Shown here: positions 32,760 to 33,472 of the stretch, piece after piece
Layout of the letters: each line of letters starts with the position of its first letter
Position numbering within the stretch: the stretch's first letter is position 1
From: Octopus bimaculoides
Lineage: Eukaryota
Direction of reading: 5' to 3'
Length of the DNA: 33,472 nucleotides
Assembly: GCF_001194135.2 (NCBI RefSeq)
Contig: NC_068999.1
Coordinates: forward strand, 26,115,524 to 26,148,995
Translations under genes and position numbers: made by a program
The notes under the pieces: model-generated
Database searches by the model: none
What the model was told of the DNA's origin: nothing
What the model saw: the letters and a program-made list of their open reading frames with translations, nothing else

Positions 32760-33238
32760 AAAAATCTTCTGAGAGGGAAACAGGGACAGGATAGGATGTG
32801 TTGGCATACTTTTAGCTGAGAAATGGGTGAATAAGGTGATTGAAGTTGTCAGAATACGTGATAGGGTACTTAAGCTTAGACTAGTTTTGCAGAATAACAC
32901 AACAACAATCATCTCCACCTATACCCACCCAATTGGGTCTACCAAATGAACAAAAGGACTGCTTTTATGACACACTTTTGCAGGCCACTTTGAAGATAAA
33001 TGATAGTGACTTTATCTTTGTGACTGGTGATTTCAAAGAACATGTTGGTCAGCACCCAAGTGTCTTTCATGGGTGCATGGGGGCCATGGAATTGGTTCCT
33101 GAAAGGAGGAGGGAACAAGGTTGCTGGAGTTCTATGATGCAAATGACCTAATGATCTACAACACCAACTTCAGAAAGCCAGCCAGTCACCTTGTAATCTA
33201 TAAATTCGGTGACCACACGAGCCAGATTGACTACATTC
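32760..33238 (+). mobile_element. RTE LINE endonuclease fragment
   Basis: GNRDRIGCVGILLAEKWVNKVIEVVRIRDRVLKL, GLPNEQKDCFYDTL, FVTGDFKEHVG, SQIDYI. Confidence 0.8.
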
Positions 33239-33472
33239 ATCATCATCATCATCATCGTTTAACGTCCGCTTTCCATGCTAGCATGGGTTGGACGATTTGA
33301 CTGAGGACTGGTGAAACCGGATGGCAACACCAGGCTCCAGTCTAATTTGGCAGAGTTTCTACAGCTGGATGCCCTTCCTAACACCAACCACTCAGAGAGT
33401 GTAGTGGGTGCTTTTACGTGTCACCCGCACGAAAACGGCCACGCTCGAAATGGTGTCTTTTATGTGCCACCC
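33239..33472 (-). mobile_element. Young RTE LINE 3' tail, reverse orientation, running off the window
   Basis: (CAT)n CGTTTAACGTCCGCTTTCCATGCTAGCATGGGTTGGACG with CpGs intact. Confidence 0.88.

Overview
AT-rich, repeat-dense eukaryotic DNA. Its repeats (RTE LINE tails ending GTTAAACGATGATGAT, tRNA-derived SINEs, TTAGGG arrays) look like an octopus/cephalopod genome; this is inference from repeat recognition. 568-13921 holds the last five coding exons of a KRI1 homologue (+ strand, GT-AG sites and phases checked by hand). Its introns contain DD37D/mariner relics, RTE LINE fragments, SINEs, a fold-back element and a Penelope-like element with an inverted arm. Downstream lie more RTE copies, a perfect 144-bp palindrome, a dead Buster/Charlie hAT, a hAT MITE, a BEL/Pao fragment and a dead L1/Tx1-type LINE. 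The most unusual segment is 23.2-27.1 kb. An intact, intronless, CpG-rich 561-aa membrane-protein ORF that I cannot assign to any family is bracketed by two copies of a TIR element. That element has GGT...ACC ends, 8-bp target duplications (Merlin-like) and internal telomeric TTAGGG arrays, head-to-head in one copy. A third GGT...ACC/8-bp-TSD MITE of another family lies next to them.
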